Positions 1-15,583 of a stretch of 64,000 nt of DNA are shown here, in pieces (position 1 is the first letter of the stretch; each line of letters starts with the position of its first letter). The translations under genes were made by a program, and so were the position numbers. Location of the stretch: the sequence record MK250017.1; one strand, written 5' to 3'. The notes under the pieces were generated by a model, which ran no database searches, had not been told where the DNA came from, and was given only the letters and a program-made list of their open reading frames with translations.

Positions 1-1899
1 ATATATATACGGTTTATCTTTATCAGTTTCTTTATAAGGATTTTTCTAACTATCATATGATTTTATATATGTATACATAGTAGCTAACTATGAACATATT
101 TCATTTGGTGCGTCAGAATCTTCATCAGAATCATATTTATATAATGAAGCGATATAATCATATATTTGTTTATATTCATTATCACCTGTATATTTTTCAC
201 CTGCATTCTGAATAGCTTCATCATCTAATTCCTAACCGTATTTCTCTTTATTATCGACTGTAAACTATTTAGTTATCTTTTCTTTATATGCTTTATTCTC
301 ATTCTATACATATGATGATATTAACTATTTAAATTTGTTAAATTCCTATTTAATTTTAGTTTCTGATACATTTTTTCCATTGATATTATTAAATATATGT
401 TTAACATTATCATTGAATAAATTCATAAAATCTAACATCAAATCAGAATCTTTTCTCTATTCAACAATTACGCGTTTATTTATAATATCTGTTATAAGAT
501 TATAAAATTCCTATGAATACTTATCGGATGTTCCTGGTAATAAATTAATATTAGTTAATAAACTATAATAATAATTCTGATAACTATCAGCATCACCAAT
601 AGGTATATATGAAAAATCATCATCATATTGCTTTACATTTTTATATACGTCTGAATCAATATGCTCATTAATAAGAAATTTACAGTCTGTATAATTTTTA
701 TCATATTTACATAATGGTAATGTATCCAATGATTTATATATTTTAATAATATCATTTACATATTTTTCACGCGCATCTAATAATCGCTTACTTTCTTTCT
801 GTATTGCTTCATAAGGATTACTTGCTGTTTTAATTCTATTTGTTTGTCTATATGCCTTATCTTTAATTTCTCTTTTTACCTTCTTTCTTTTCCTCTTTTT
901 CTTTGCACGTTTTCTCCATGATTTCATATCTGACTTTGTTACATCCTCTGCTATAATAGATGAACCGAATTCATCTTGAGACTCATTTAAATTCATCATA
1001 ATAGAAGTATCAAAGATTGTTACACCAGTATTTAATTTATCATTTACAATGTCAAATGTAAACAAAGATGTGTCATATTTTTTATTATTCTTAAATCCTT
1101 CCTTTTTATTCGCATTAATTATAGAAATATCTAAATTATCATAACTTATATCAGATGAATCAAGATACCAACCGGAATAATATTGATAATTACCACTTAT
1201 TGTATTTTTACGTGTATATGTACCTCTATATCTTCGTGCTAATACGCAAGGTAATAAAGACTAACATAAATTATTTGTTATTAATGCATATAAATATCCT
1301 TCTTTCTGAAATTCATTATTAACTGCTGATATATCTTCAACAACATTAAAATCTTCATTCATTCCAAGTAATGTATTTTCCAATACAATATGTCTGTTAC
1401 ATTTTGATGGATATAATCTGAAATAATCTTCACCATTATTTGATGACATTACACGTCCTTTTTCAAATATTGATTTTAACGGTTTCATTTTTCCGTCTTG
1501 CTTTACAGAACCTATTATAGTATTGTTATCTATAGTATCACCAGGTTTTATATTTAATGTATATTCAACTGGTGTCGGATCTTTAACAGTTGCATCTGAA
1601 AATTCAATTATAACTCTTGTACTTGTATCTATATCAGATAAAATATCAGGTACCTCTTCAGATGGAGTTACAATAAGTTTCCATAAATCTTTATCATTAT
1701 ATAAATTCTATAATACTGATAAATCAGTAGAACCAACAATATCTTTAAAATCTGTTGTTATATCAGATTTTGCATAATCGACTGCACATAAATTTATATC
1801 ATTAAGATTTATAGTCTGCTATCCTTCAATTTCATCTGTATCTATCGTTAATGCCTTTGTTATTAAGTCATCTAAATATATTTTCTCTTCTTTTGTCAT
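1..1899 (-). CDS. Large TAG-recoded hypothetical protein, probably virion-associated (>633 aa, runs off window start)
   Basis: ATG at 1899 overlaps TGA of upstream gene (ATGA); frame has no TAA/TGA down to position 1 when TAG is read through; joins track ORFs 1261..1488 and 511..1065. Confidence 0.75.
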
Positions 1900-4568
1900 G
1901 TGTATAAATCATAATCTTTTCCGTAACATCTTAATATCTGACTACCATACAATGGTAATGATGAATCAGAATAATAAATTTCTGTATCTGCATCCTCAAC
2001 TTTATCTAATCCTAATAAAGTACCGTCTTGATATTTTGAATCAGGATATTGAACAAATAAAGATGCATCATCAAAATAATTTCCTGCTTTATCTAAATCT
2101 TTTTTCATTGCATTTCTCTATTCTGTTATTGCATCTTGATCAATATAAAGAATAGTTGGCAAATCCTATTTTATTATTTCATAATTAGATTTAGCATTTT
2201 TTAAATATAAATAAAGTTTTCTTGTATCAGGAATACCAATATTAATTTCAACATTTGTACCTATACTTGTTATACTATTAGTTATATAATCATATAATTT
2301 TAAAGAACGAACTGTATAGAAATTTGTTTTTGATTTATTTGCTTTTTTAAATAATTTATTAATTGCAGCAATTACTTTTACCATACCTAATAGATTTCCC
2401 GATGAATTCGCTTCTACTTTTGCCTTATTGATTTTATAATTCCTAATTAATTTTAGTATAACTTTTAATTGTGGAAATATTTCTTTTAATATAGAAAATA
2501 ATTCATGAACTAATTGAAATGTAGGTCTTTTAGTTGCTTTTGTTGGATCACCTGTATATTCTTCTTCTACAATACCTAATTCAAATTTTGATATTGCTTC
2601 TTCTGCTTCTTTTTTCTTTGCAGTTTCCTAAGCAATTCTATTTGCTTCATCTATTGCATTTTTTTGTTCACTTAACGTTTTATTAAAACCTTCTAATTCA
2701 AAATGGATTTTAAATGTAAATTCTAATAATTCAATAGTCTAATCTTTTCTCATTACATAACCTTCATCTATTGCATTTATAATAGACAACACAGATGAAG
2801 AGTCAAATATTTTCGTTCCATCTTTTTGATGTGCATTTGATAAAACTTTTGTTAACTATTTTTTTGCTTTCTTTGTTGTCGGATCTGCATATATATTAAG
2901 AGTCATTGTAAACGTATTTAAATCGTTCGTGAAGTCATATAAATGTTCTGCCTTTATTTCTGCACTAATTGTTGTATTGGAAGCGATGTCGGTTGCGATA
3001 TGAAGTCCTGATGAGATTGCTTGAGCTTCTATCTGATTCTATAAACTTGTTAAATTACCTGAGAATTGATTAATTCCATCTTGAATTGCTTTTTCTAATG
3101 AAATAACTGCTCCATCAGAATCAAGTCCCATTTCAACAAGCATATCCATGAAATCTTCAAATGAATCTATACCATCACTTAAAACATCTAAATCAACATT
3201 ATTAAATTGACTTATTAACATTTTAATTTCATCTATTGAATCTTTTATCTGTATTATAATAAAGGAATTATATATTAAATCAGATGCGCGCGATAATTCA
3301 TCCATTAGTGATTGTTTTATAATATCTGGATCAACATCCACATTTATTTTTGATGATACAGTACCACCAGAAGAATGCTGAATACCTGTTTCTTTTTCTT
3401 GCTCTTCTTGTTCTTTTTTCCTACGTTTTTGTTCTTTACACGCTTCTTTCCATGCCTTATACTTATGAATATAATCTGAACACATATAATATAATTCAGG
3501 TAATGTATATCCTGTATATTTAATACATTGTTCATTTATCATTACCCATATAGTATTCATCAAAAGTTCCTATGCATCTTTTAACACTTCTTGCATTGAA
3601 GGTAAATTTGTAATTGCATCATTTATTGTTTCATAATATTCATTTTCTAAGTCATTATAAATTGCTATATACATATCTTTCAATGATGTACAAATACTAC
3701 CTATTGCTACTTTTGCACTTGGTAACATCTGAATATTCTTTGGAAACATTTTAATAATACCAGTGATATTAAATAATGTAGAATCCATAAGATTGAGAAT
3801 AGACTATGCCATACCTAATGTTTCCTAATTAATACCTAAGTTATTCATTAAATTACTAGCACCTCCTGCAATTAAAGACTATATAGTAACTTCAAGATAT
3901 TGTGTTACTGCATCAGTAATTGCGCCAGATATTGCCATACCTGGCGCCTAGTTTATGTCAAGGTTATCAAGATCGACCTATTCTGCTTCTTCTACATTGC
4001 CAAATTCATCAACTTTTGTTATAGCTTTCTTTTCACCATATTTAGTTAAATCATTGTAAAAATTTGTATATGCTTTAATTAATTTCGGATGAGTCTATGT
4101 AATTTTTTTATATTTAGAAAATTCTGTATTTAAGTCATTTAACTATTCTTTATAATTCTTTACAATTTGTTTAAGATTAGTTGTTAGAGCTGAATGTGGA
4201 TCTTGTTTTTTTGCTTCTTCATATTGATCTTGATATTCTGTTAATTCACTGTTTACTTTATTAATTTCAGTTTGTAATGCGTTAACCCATGATTCTGCAT
4301 CTTTTAATTCAGTTTTATAATATTCTATTCTTAATTTTGCAGTTTCTACTTTCTTCGCATATGGAAGTGTGTCATCAAACTGAACAATACCTACATCAAT
4401 GATACCATAATCATATGCATTAATATCAACCATTTCAACGGTTGTCTTATGTTGACCTTTTTTCATATCTTCGGTATCAACTGTACCTGCAGACATTTTT
4501 TTATTTGAAAAGAAATCATAAGAATTACCAGGTGAATTTGTTAAATCTATATCTAATATTGTTGCCAT
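1896..4568 (-). CDS. 890-aa TAG-recoded coiled-coil-rich hypothetical protein (late/structural block)
   Basis: Five track ORFs (4143..4613, 3570..3788, 3039..3563, 2166..2384, 1896..2108) are one frame separated only by TAG; starts MATILDIDL, ends TGA. Confidence 0.8.
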
Positions 4569-4570
4569 AA

Positions 4571-5233
4571 TTAAAATACCTTTTCTTTTTGCATCATTGT
4601 TTTTAATGCCCAATACGAATCTACAAGATCATCAATACCTGCTATATAATTTGTTTTTGCTTTCATATAACCATTTGCAAGACAAAGACGAAGTTTTATA
4701 TCATTATTCTACGCGATGTATTTTTTTATCATCTTTGTTTTATCTGCGCAATCTTCTTTTGATGAACAACCTGCAGTTGCTTTGAGTGTGATAGGAGAAT
4801 ATGTATAAAGTCTTGTCAGATGATCACCATAATGTTCATATATTTTTGATAATAATACTCCTTTATATGTCGCGAGATTAAGTGTAGCATCACCTTTTGA
4901 TGCATATGATAATCCTTCTGAACATACATATAATTCATAATCTGTTAATTCGAATTTATTTGTTATTAAATCATCAATATCATTTATAATTAAATTTGCT
5001 AAATCAGTAGACCTGATAGTATGAATAAGAACTAACTGTGAATTCTCTACTGTTTTTGTATCAACTGACGACATATTTCTATTAACTATTGAAACATCAG
5101 CATCTTCATACATTTTCTATTGTTTATTAGTTATTTTCAAAGGCCAAAAATAATGATAATACTAACCTCTGAAATATATTGTAGCTGCTGGTTTATTCAT
5201 TGAAAAATCAAATCCTATTAAAACTTTATCCAT
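4571..5233 (-). CDS. RuvC-like Holliday junction resolvase (220 aa with TAG read-through)
   Basis: RNase H-fold motifs IGFDFSMNKPAA, SEGLSYASKG, SPITLKATAG..ADKTKM, GIDDLVDSY; first and last catalytic motifs lie beyond TAG codons. Confidence 0.8.
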
Positions 5234-5388
5234 TTAAATTAAAAATACTTTTTTGTTATTTATTATTTGTATATGACATACCATATATTATACAAAAAAT
5301 TGTTAATTATGTTTTTATAAAATGGTTATGTATGATAACATACCGTATTCCATTGAGGCGTATAGATACTGAAAATAAGAATTAAAAC

Positions 5389-6243
5389 ATGGCAACAAAA
5401 TATAATAAATTTTACCAACAAACATTTAATATTTCCACAACAATGACAAGCGCAACTTTTTTATTAACATATAATCTAAATTATAATTTTTCATTAACTG
5501 ATGATGAAAAATTATATTATCGTGTATTTTTTGGTTTAAATGATAAAGAAGATAATACATATAATGGAAAACTTACATTTGTTCCAAACTCTTCTGAATT
5601 TATGGTAACAGAAAGTTCAAAAAAAATAGATAATATAAAAATAAATCTAACGAATGTTGATAATACAAAAACAGCAGCAGAAATTTATATTACATATTCG
5701 TTTAATAATTTAACCGATTTTTTAGGAAAAACTTATTCTATAAAATATAATAATAAAACTTTTTTATATTTAAATTTTTTGATGTATAAAATATTAGTTT
5801 TTTCTAATCAGAAAACACCTTCAACTGGTTATCATGAAAATATATTCTTTGTCTTCGCACTACACAATGTATAGTTACCACATTCTATTCCAACTGAACA
5901 AATATCAAATAAAATTTCTGATGATAATGATATTTTACTTTTTTGTGATTATTTTCAAGGATATTTTTATTATAATGCATAGAGATATTTATATAACTAG
6001 CAAGATGATGAAAATTAGTTAATATACAAAAATTATACAGATTTTATGCCCACTGGCGAATCTAATTATGCATTAATGCCTAAACACTGTTTTGCATATA
6101 ATGGTATAAATTATACTGTTACAGACTTATTTCCACAATGTCATTTTTATGTTTATACATATTCTGAAAATGAATCTTCATTTTTTTGTGAAATAAATTT
6201 TGATAATATTTCTAATAAAGGAGAATATTATTTATTCAAATGA
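5389..6243 (+). CDS. 284-aa TAG-recoded hypothetical protein upstream of tail fibre
   Basis: Track ORFs 5389..5874 and 6046..6243 in the same frame joined through TAG codons; ends TGA. Confidence 0.7.
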
Positions 6244-6290
6244 TAATATCATATTTTCATGAATAAATAAGTTAAATGAAAATAATTTGA

Positions 6291-7508
6291 ATGTAGACAG
6301 CTTAGGTTAGACAACAATATACAAGAGATGGTAAGCCAGTTTCTTTGGCGACTTGTATAGAAACTCTATATTTTGAATAGACATATAATGGTTAGGTTTA
6401 TCGTACATCTCTTAATAACAGATTATTAGTAGTAGGAAATAAGTTAAATTCAGTTTCAAAAACAAATATCTCGGAATCATTAAATAAGGCATAGTTACCT
6501 TTCTATTATATAACAAAGATTGAATCTGATACTGCATCAGGTTTATACAGACTCGATGTTTCTCTTTATGCGATAGATACTGCAGTTCGCGCGACAGAAG
6601 TAATTGATGAAATTAAAACAACAATAGATAATAATTTAAATAATCTTAATACTTCAATTAATAATGTAAATGCAAAAATTGACAGTTTTCAAAGATATAA
6701 TGCATCTACATATCTTCCGTTAACAGGTGGAAGAATGTCTGGAGGTATCGTATTCGGAATGAAAGGTGGTGAAGAAAAGATTCAAGAACTTCCTGGTATT
6801 GGTTATAATGGTTAGAATCTCGTATTATCATGCCCTGATTCTGGATATATTTCATTTTGGGGTTCACTTTCAAATGAATATGGTGCAAATACACCAGGTA
6901 TTACATGGTTAAAACCAACTATTACAGAAAATGGTAAAGTTCCTGTATTTAATTATGCGAATAATCAGTTAATGTGGAAAACATATAATGCCGGTTCACT
7001 TTCATATACAACTGCTGATTATAAGAAATATTATATTCTCGGTATTACAGAAGATTCATATAATGGACGTGATATTGGTGAAACAAAATATATTGCAGAT
7101 GATGGTAATATTGAAACAAATGTTTATGTATCAAGAAAGAATGTATATGCAAATGCGTTTTATGCATCATCTGATATTGAATTGAAAACAGACGTTAAGC
7201 ATATTGATGCATCTACATATATTCCTGATGTTATTCAATTCCGATGGCTCGATACTTCTGAACTTTCTTATGGATTTATTGCACAGGATCTAGAAGAACA
7301 CGGGCTTTCTTATTTAATGGATAAAGATGATCTTAAACATTGGCGTGTTAACTATTCTGCTGCTATTTCATTAGTTGTCGGAGATCTGTAGAAATCAAAG
7401 AAAGACCATGAATAGAGAATTTCAGATTTAGAGACAGAAAATAAGAATTTAAAGAAAACATTAGAAAAACTTGAAAAAAGACTAGAAAAATTAGAAAAAA
7501 GTAAGTAA
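6291..7508 (+). CDS. Tail fibre/spike protein with C-terminal intramolecular chaperone (peptidase S74) domain, 405 aa
   Basis: YLPLTGGRMSG tail-fibre repeat; SSDIELK..., GFIAQD, VNYS and terminal coiled coil typical of S74; starts ATG TAG. Confidence 0.8.
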
Positions 7509-7510
7509 AA

Positions 7511-9427
7511 ATGGCATCAATTTATGATTTAAAAATATTCAAGCTAAACCGCCTTAAGTATGAGGAATTATGGAATGATGCTATTGCATGGGTGAAAAAA
7601 ACATACAATGTATCTGAACAACAGTTTACAATGGCTTCACCTTTTGCATAGTTACTTTCTGTAATTTTACATCTCGGACGAATGATTTTCTATTACATAG
7701 AAGATTCAATAACAGGTTTAAATATAAAAACAGCATATAGACCTGATCAAATCAGAGGTTTAGCAAGATTAACAGGACATAATGCAGGTAGAGCAATTGC
7801 TGCTCGCGGTGCAGTTAAAATTGTTTATTATGATACTGGTAATCAAGATTTAAATGGTAATGTATGTTTCATACCAAATAGAACAAAATTATTATGCGCG
7901 ATTAATGGTGCAACATATACTGTACTATTTGGTGCTGATACTGCATAGATAACAATGACTGCTGGTAATTATATAACAGCAACAATTATACAAGGCACAG
8001 TAAAATATCAGGCTGCAACATCAACCGGTAATAAATGGCAATCATATAATTTTACTGAAAGAAATTATGCAGATATAGATGAGTATTTTATAAATGTATA
8101 TGTAAATGGTGAATTATGGGATAGAATAGAATCATTTATAGATGCTGGTTTTGATTAGAAAGCTTGTGTTGTTAAAACAGGTATAAACGGAGGTATTGAC
8201 GTTACATTTGGTGACGGTAAAATGGGTATGATTCCAGTTGAAGGCGCAACTATTTATGTTGAATATATTGTTACTGATGGTGTAACCGGTAATCTTCCAA
8301 AACAGATATTAGATTAGGATCAGTATTTTGAAATACAAGGAACAGGTTATGCAACAGATGGTTCTGAAATTTCACTTGCTGATAATTTTAAAGTTCAATG
8401 TGATACAGACGTAATATTCGGTTCTGAAGCAGAAGATATTCGACTTACATAGTTAATTGCTCCACATACATCCAGATCATTTGTTCTCGCGAATGAAATT
8501 AATTACAGATATTTCTTTAAGAGAATGAATATGTTTTCTACTATAGAAATTATAAAAGGATATACATAGAAGCAAGCTAATTATATGGCATAGCTTAATT
8601 ATGATGTATATAATACAATGTATAAAAATACATTTAGTGATTGGTAGGATGCTGTTTCTGTATATGGAGAACAATCAGATGAAGCAAAAGAGTTATACAA
8701 CAATTTACAGGATATATTAAGTAAACGTAATTTTGCACAATAGCAAATAGAAGATACAGATCTTGCTGATAATACTGTATATCTTTTATTAATTCCTGAT
8801 TTAACTAAACGTATTTCATCATCATCAAATTATTTTACTGTTGATGAATCTGTATTTACATTATCTACAGATGAACAGAATAATATTATTAATTTAATTG
8901 ATAATTCAGGTTAGAAAATAATTACAGTAGAAAATAAAATACTTGAACCAAAAACACCAAGATTTGCAGTTAATACATAGGTAAAAATATGGGAAGGCTA
9001 TAATTTATAGAGTATATATTCTGCATGTTTAAATGCGTTATCTAATTACCTTATAAAGTTTACGCGCAAAGATATTATTCCGTTATCTGATATTACTGCA
9101 TTATTTGAAGCAATAGATGGTATCGATTCAGTAAAAGTATGGTTTGATGCAGACGTTGAAAATGAAAATATATATTGTGAAAGAGGTTTTTATGGTATTG
9201 ATTCTTATGGTGATATTATTTTAACAAGAACATATCAAGATTATAATGGGAATTCAAAGGATGTTAGAGATATATTACCATTGATACGCGGTGGATTTAC
9301 TTCACCTGATGGCGTTGAATATTCGGATACACAATCATTAGATTCATTATCTGCATTTAATATGCAGTTAATAGGTTATACACAAAATAATAAATTAACA
9401 TTAGAAAACTTTAAGACAATAACATAA
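7511..9427 (+). CDS. Baseplate wedge subunit, T4 gp6-like (638 aa)
   Basis: Continuous with TAG=Gln; motif VTFGDGKMGMIPVEGATIYVEYIVTDGVTGN characteristic of gp6/baseplate J family. Confidence 0.8.
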
Positions 9428-9432
9428 TAATT

Positions 9433-9807
9433 ATGATTAGAGAATTATATTGTAAATTACCGACGGATCTTGATTATGAACCAATGGTTGAGTCTACTGA
9501 TGAAATATTTAATCTATTACAATAGATAAGAGTTGTTCTTGGTACAAAACCTGGAGAAGTTTTAGGAACACCAATGTTCGGTTGTAATCTTGAAAAATAC
9601 TTATTTAGAATGAATCTAGATAAAGATGAAATTCTTACAGCGATAAGATAGGAAATATTAGATTATGTATATTATGATTCTAATAAATGGAATTTATCTA
9701 TAGATGTTTTATTCGGAAAAAATGCGAATGATCCATATGAATATGCATTAATAGATATTAGTATAAATGAAAAGAAATGTTTAGGTATTATTGTAAATCA
9801 GCAATAA
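9433..9807 (+). CDS. Baseplate wedge subunit, gp25-like (124 aa)
   Basis: GTKPGEVLGTPMFGCNLEKYLF motif; two internal TAG; absent from ORF track. Confidence 0.8.
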
Positions 9808-9822
9808 TACATTATAAATAAT

Positions 9823-9858
9823 AAAAGAGGATAATTCAGAAATGAGTTATCCTCTTTT
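9823..9858. terminator. Intrinsic terminator-like hairpin
   Basis: AAAAGAGGATAATTCA-GAAA-TGAGTTATCCTCTTTT, 16-bp stem with A/T tracts on both sides. Confidence 0.75.
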
Positions 9859-9901
9859 TCTATAATAAATATCTAAAATAAAAGGAATATTTAGAAGAAC
9901 T

Positions 9902-10156
9902 ATGCCAAGATTTAAATATATTAATTCATTTACAGAGAAAGAAGATCATATATATGATGATTATAAAAACTTAGGTTATAACTATAAACATCATATATTA
10001 AAGAATGTTATATCACCTGAATTATTTGCGAATCCTATGAATGATGTTATTTTCAGACAAATAGAAAAATTATTTGAATTCCTTATAGATTCTGTTAAGC
10101 AAATAAAATTGGCATACGCATATACATATCCTAAAAATGCAACAAATTTAAATTGA
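9902..10156 (+). CDS. Hypothetical protein in baseplate cluster (84 aa)
   Basis: ORF between gp25-like gene and giant structural gene. Confidence 0.65.
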   Translation: MPRFKYINSFTEKEDHIYDDYKNLGYNYKHHILKNVISPELFANPMNDVIFRQIEKLFEFLIDSVKQIKLAYAYTYPKNATNLN

Positions 10157-10166
10157 TAATTGAAAA

Positions 10167-13100
10167 ATGAGTAATATAGATCAAAGAGATAAATTAGTTT
10201 TTTATACAGAAAAAGGATATGAAATTCCCGTTGAAAAAACATATAGTATTCAATGGGAAATAATACCACATGTAAAGTTAAAATCATATTTTCTTCATAA
10301 TCCAAAAGGTCATTTCATGTATGATATTGATGATACAGATCATATATTAACTGTTGAATTTGATAATAAAGGTTTATTTAATTATGTTGATAATATAAAA
10401 GTTAATACTGGTATTATAAATAATGAAACAGGAAATTCTGTAGAATTTACCATTAATAATATTACTGAATTAATATTGTTTAATAAAGAATATACATATA
10501 AAAAATCAAAAGGAACAATATTTAATAGAAATGAAAAACGTTGGGAGGAAGATTTTGATGTTCTTAAGGGAAATATTTATAATACAGTAAGATTAACATT
10601 TAATACATTGGTTGGTTCAATTACATAGGATTATCCTGTAAATTATATATTCGAAACATGTACAGTAGAAAATAATAATAATTATAAAAATTTAACTAAT
10701 TTAACACTTACATTATTAGATAATAATAAAGAAGCGCTAGGTTAGAAAACATTTGTTAATTATCTTATTGTAAATAATTTTAATAATTATGAAGATTTAT
10801 TTCCATGTGTAAGGTATATAGGTTCAATTACATAGGATAAAGTTTCTACAGAATTCGTTGCTGCCAGCACATTTATAATATTAGATGAAAATGGTGATAG
10901 ACCTAATTTTAATATTGCAACAGATGAATATTATTTAAAATTTGAATTTCAGAAAGATTCTGAAATGAAATTTATTTCATCTGATAGTGTTGCTAATATT
11001 ATTTGGGAAGACTCACATGAAGTTAAGTCAAATATAACATAGGACGCACATAATCCTTTTGTTAAAGATACTAATATACCAATATATTTTTCTGTTGGTT
11101 TTCAGACAGCAGTAGAAGGATGCTATCAAAATATAATGGCAATGTATATTGTCAGCAATAAAACAAACAAGAAATATATTTTAGGTTTATTTACATTCTT
11201 AACTGAAGTAGTTGGTGAAGACGAAAGATATAGAGCATTATTAGGAAATCTCGGTATACCAGATCCTGTAAAATATCCAAATATATTTAAATCATAGGAT
11301 CCTGATGAACAAGGAGTTGATTGGACATTAATTAATGATAAGTCAAAAGAACTTATGATTAATTATGATAATATATTCCCATATGTTGGAACCTATAAAG
11401 CATTAATGGGAGCTATTAAATTCTTAGGATACGGTGATTTAATATTTAAAGAATGGTATAAAATAAAAGATTAGAATAATAAAGACAGATATGTAACTTT
11501 ATAGACATATGATTTATAGAAAGGTGAATCTTTAAATACAAAGTTAAAGAAAATAGGTGTTACATACGGTGAATTCGAACGTTATAAAAAAATAAACAGA
11601 TTATCAATGATATATCATCTTAATGAAATAGATGATGAAACAGGCGAATATCTTGATATGTATACACGTCGTCTCGATAATCCAGCAAAAGATAATCCTA
11701 CAACTGCACCAGAATCTGGTTTATATAAAGCATCATATAAAGATACGCATCATTAGGATTTATCAGATAACTTTACATAGAAACAATCTGTATTTTTCTA
11801 GTTACCTATAACAAAAACTATTTATGAATATAGAACAGATGAAATATTGGCAAAACTCTTTTCTGTTAAATAGTGGTTGGAAAAATATATTTTAGGAGTT
11901 AACTGTTTTATATCAGATATATGTGGAGAAGGTATAATAGTAGAACGTTTAAAAAATCAAGCTTATGTTACATAGCATCATCTTTAGGATATTACTACAA
12001 TATCTAAAGTGACTCCAAAGATTATAAAATATAATCCAAATATATATGTTTCACTTGATTCATCAAATAATGAAATTCATACAGATACTATATTAAATAC
12101 ATCTCATTTAGATTCATCAATAGATGATGAATGTATCAATGATATTTTATTTAGAAATTCAACAGCAATATTAAGATGTTCATTAAATGAATTTGATTCT
12201 TTAACAATTGGTGATTATGATGATTTCGAAATAGAAGATTTTATTATAGATACATCAACACCAAATGGTAGCATAGGAACTGTTTATATTTCCGCACCAT
12301 TGGAAACATTAGTAACTGTAAATGAATATCAATTTCAGTTAACAAATAAAAATGTATCTTCTGGAACACTTGCAGAATTTACAGATACAAGTTATATAAA
12401 CAATCCTATTCTTATATAGGATAATGAAATCTTATTTTATGATGATACAAAGAATTTCACAAAAATTGATAATAAAGAATTGCCTATTATAGAAATAACG
12501 CAAGGTAATTTAAGATACTGTCATGGTGATTGGAAATCTAATATCGCTTATTCTATAAATGTTGTTTCTGATTAGAAATCAGGAAAAGAATATTATGCAT
12601 TATATGAAACAGAAACAGATGAACCTGTTTATAAAGATTTTCAGAAAGTTATTTTATACCCAATGGAATCAGAAAGACATTATGATAAGTATAAATTATA
12701 TTGGGCATAGAGAACTGATAAGAAAATAAGTTCAAAACACTATAATGGATTAAATTCTGAATTTATATATACATCTTAGAATAAGTGGAATGTACCTCAG
12801 ATTATTATTCGTAATTATAAATGTGGTAATAATGATGAATTACTTCCAGGCGATTATATTCTTGAAATTATAGAAGGACGTATATTATTCAGAAATAAAC
12901 AATCTGATTTAAATATCAATAATGGTAAAGCATATGGATGTGAATTAGAATTCGGTGAAGAATTAGAAAGTAGTGAACAACCTATTAATGTAAATTATAC
13001 ATATATGTCTGATAGAGTTCCTATATATACTATAGATTCTTTAAATGATGTTTCAACATAGGAAGGTATAGAAAAATGTGTACATACAAACAAATATGTG

Positions 13101-15581
13101 GATGTTTCAGTAAATAGATTAGGTAATTATACAGTATCAGTAAATGCATATGATTATTATAATAATATATTTGTTAATCAGAGTGATGATATAACAACAG
13201 TTACAACAAAACCTATAAGTCTCGATATTATTCTTAATGAATCTGAATTAGTTAATAATAAAGATTTTTATCATTATAATGCTAAAGGTACTTATATGAC
13301 TAATAGTGAAACTAATACATTATTTGATAGTATTAATAAAAATGGAGATTATCCAATTTATCCATAGACATATAGAATATATGATATTGATCCTATTGTA
13401 GATAGTCCAAATACTATAGAATATGATAATATATCTTATGCAATAGATACACCTAAACCTGGAAACTTTATTATATTTAATAACTTTACAGAACAAGTTT
13501 TAAATATAATAAAAACTAATGATATATATAAATTTACATTAGTTGATGAAAGTCCAAATAGAGAAATATTACAGAATTCATCTTATGTTGGTTTATGTAT
13601 ATATGATTGTATACAAAAAGATATATTAGTTGATATATATCCGTTTGAAGTACAAAAATTCTATACATTTGATTCTTCAATAGTAGATTCATCATATTAT
13701 CGTTTTGATGCAAATAATTCTTATATAACAGTTAAAGACACATCTAATATGTTAAATGCTAGCGCATTTAAAGATATTTATGAAAAATCAATTGAATCCT
13801 CTGTTAATTCATCAATTAATTCATCTGCATTTTTTACAAATTCTATAAATGCATATGTATATACTGCTAATGAACATGTATTTGAACCAAATGATGAAAT
13901 AATATTAGATACATCAAACTTATTATCTTATATTCATACATTTAATAAAAAACAGTATTTTATGAAGAATTAGGTTATCAAAATTTGTTATGCAGATGAA
14001 ACAGTCATACATAATGATTATACTGATAAAGCTATAGATAATGAAACTGCATATCGTATTATTAATGTTAATCAAAATGAAGATAAAACATTTACATATA
14101 CAATAAATGGTTTAATAGATCTTGATAAACTTAATAATAAGTTATATCATAATAATGCATGTAGAGATATGAGTACAGGTGGTAAGTTAATTACTAAGAA
14201 TCCTTATAAATTAAAGATGTGTCCTGTACATTTAAGAGCTGCATAGTATGTATTACGTGTAAATGGTTATGGTGAGGAATTTACATCAAGATATAACAAA
14301 GGTGTAGTTTAGAGAACAACTGTAACATATGATCCAAAATCATTATTATTTGATAGTTATCTTGATACAACTTATTCTGCATAGATATTTGATTATGATC
14401 CTAAATTATTATAGAATATATGGATAAATGCAAAAGATCAATATGAAGATGAAACTCTTTATATCTATAGAGATAAACCTGTTACAATATCAAAAGGTAG
14501 AAATATTATATTAAGACCTGATACTTTATAGAATATATTATCTGAAAAGTTTAATGATACATCTGTACCATTAAGAATTCATTGGAATTGGAAATCTTAT
14601 ATTATAGATGATCATGAAACATTTGAATCAGAACAAGGCTTAATAGATAAACAAGTTGTATTTAAATCTGCAAATAAAATATTATCAATTAAACCTGAAT
14701 TATTAGGGTCTCAATCACCTAATATGATATGTTGTGATGTATATGGAAATCGTGTTATAAATGAAGCAGATGGATTTGTATATGTAGATGCAGATGGAAG
14801 TAATAATACTGTTGGTAAATTCGAAGAAGGTACAAGAAATATTATGTATAAAGATGTATTTATTGTTGGTTTTGATGTATAGTTTAGTCCATTAAATACA
14901 TTATCTACATATGGAGAAACTGCAACATATACAATAAGTGAAACTGGTTCTTCAAATGAAAATACAAATAATATATCATTTAAATATAAGATATATTATA
15001 GTGATGGTACTATTGTTGAAGATAAAGGATGTAATTGTAATTTACTTACATAGAAAGGAAATGTTTCTAAAACAAATAAGGTTAAATTTACAGTTAAAGA
15101 AGCAACAGAATCACATAAATCTAAAGTTGGTGAATTACAATGTAAATTAACTATTGATAAAAAATCAGATAGAGATATTATTCAACATGAACAAATTCAT
15201 ACATTAGATATTAAACAATATGGTACATCAATAACAACAAATATATATGATTTATCATTTAATGTAAAAGATATTCCGTCAGAAGGATTAGATAATATAG
15301 AAGAATATATTATTAGAGATTATATTAAAGATATAAAATATACATTAATAAGAAGTGAAGGTGAAATAGAATAGATAGAATCGCCAACATTTGAAAATTC
15401 AATGTTAAAAATAAAAGGCTTTAAAATAATTCATAATCAACGAGGAATAACCAATAATATACCGGAAAACAAATCAGGTAGAAAAGAGATAGGTATTTTA
15501 CAATTAACAGTATAGTTTAATGTACATGGTATTTAGAATGATATAGAAACAACAGGAATGTGTTCTATATATCAATTATAA
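10167..15581 (+). CDS. Giant TAG-recoded structural protein, probable baseplate wedge (gp7-like), 1804 aa
   Basis: One frame free of TAA/TGA over 5.4 kb; segment IFPYVGTYKALMGAIKFLGYGDLIFKEWY resembles baseplate wedge motifs; synteny with gp6/gp25. Confidence 0.7.
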
Positions 15582-15583
15582 TA

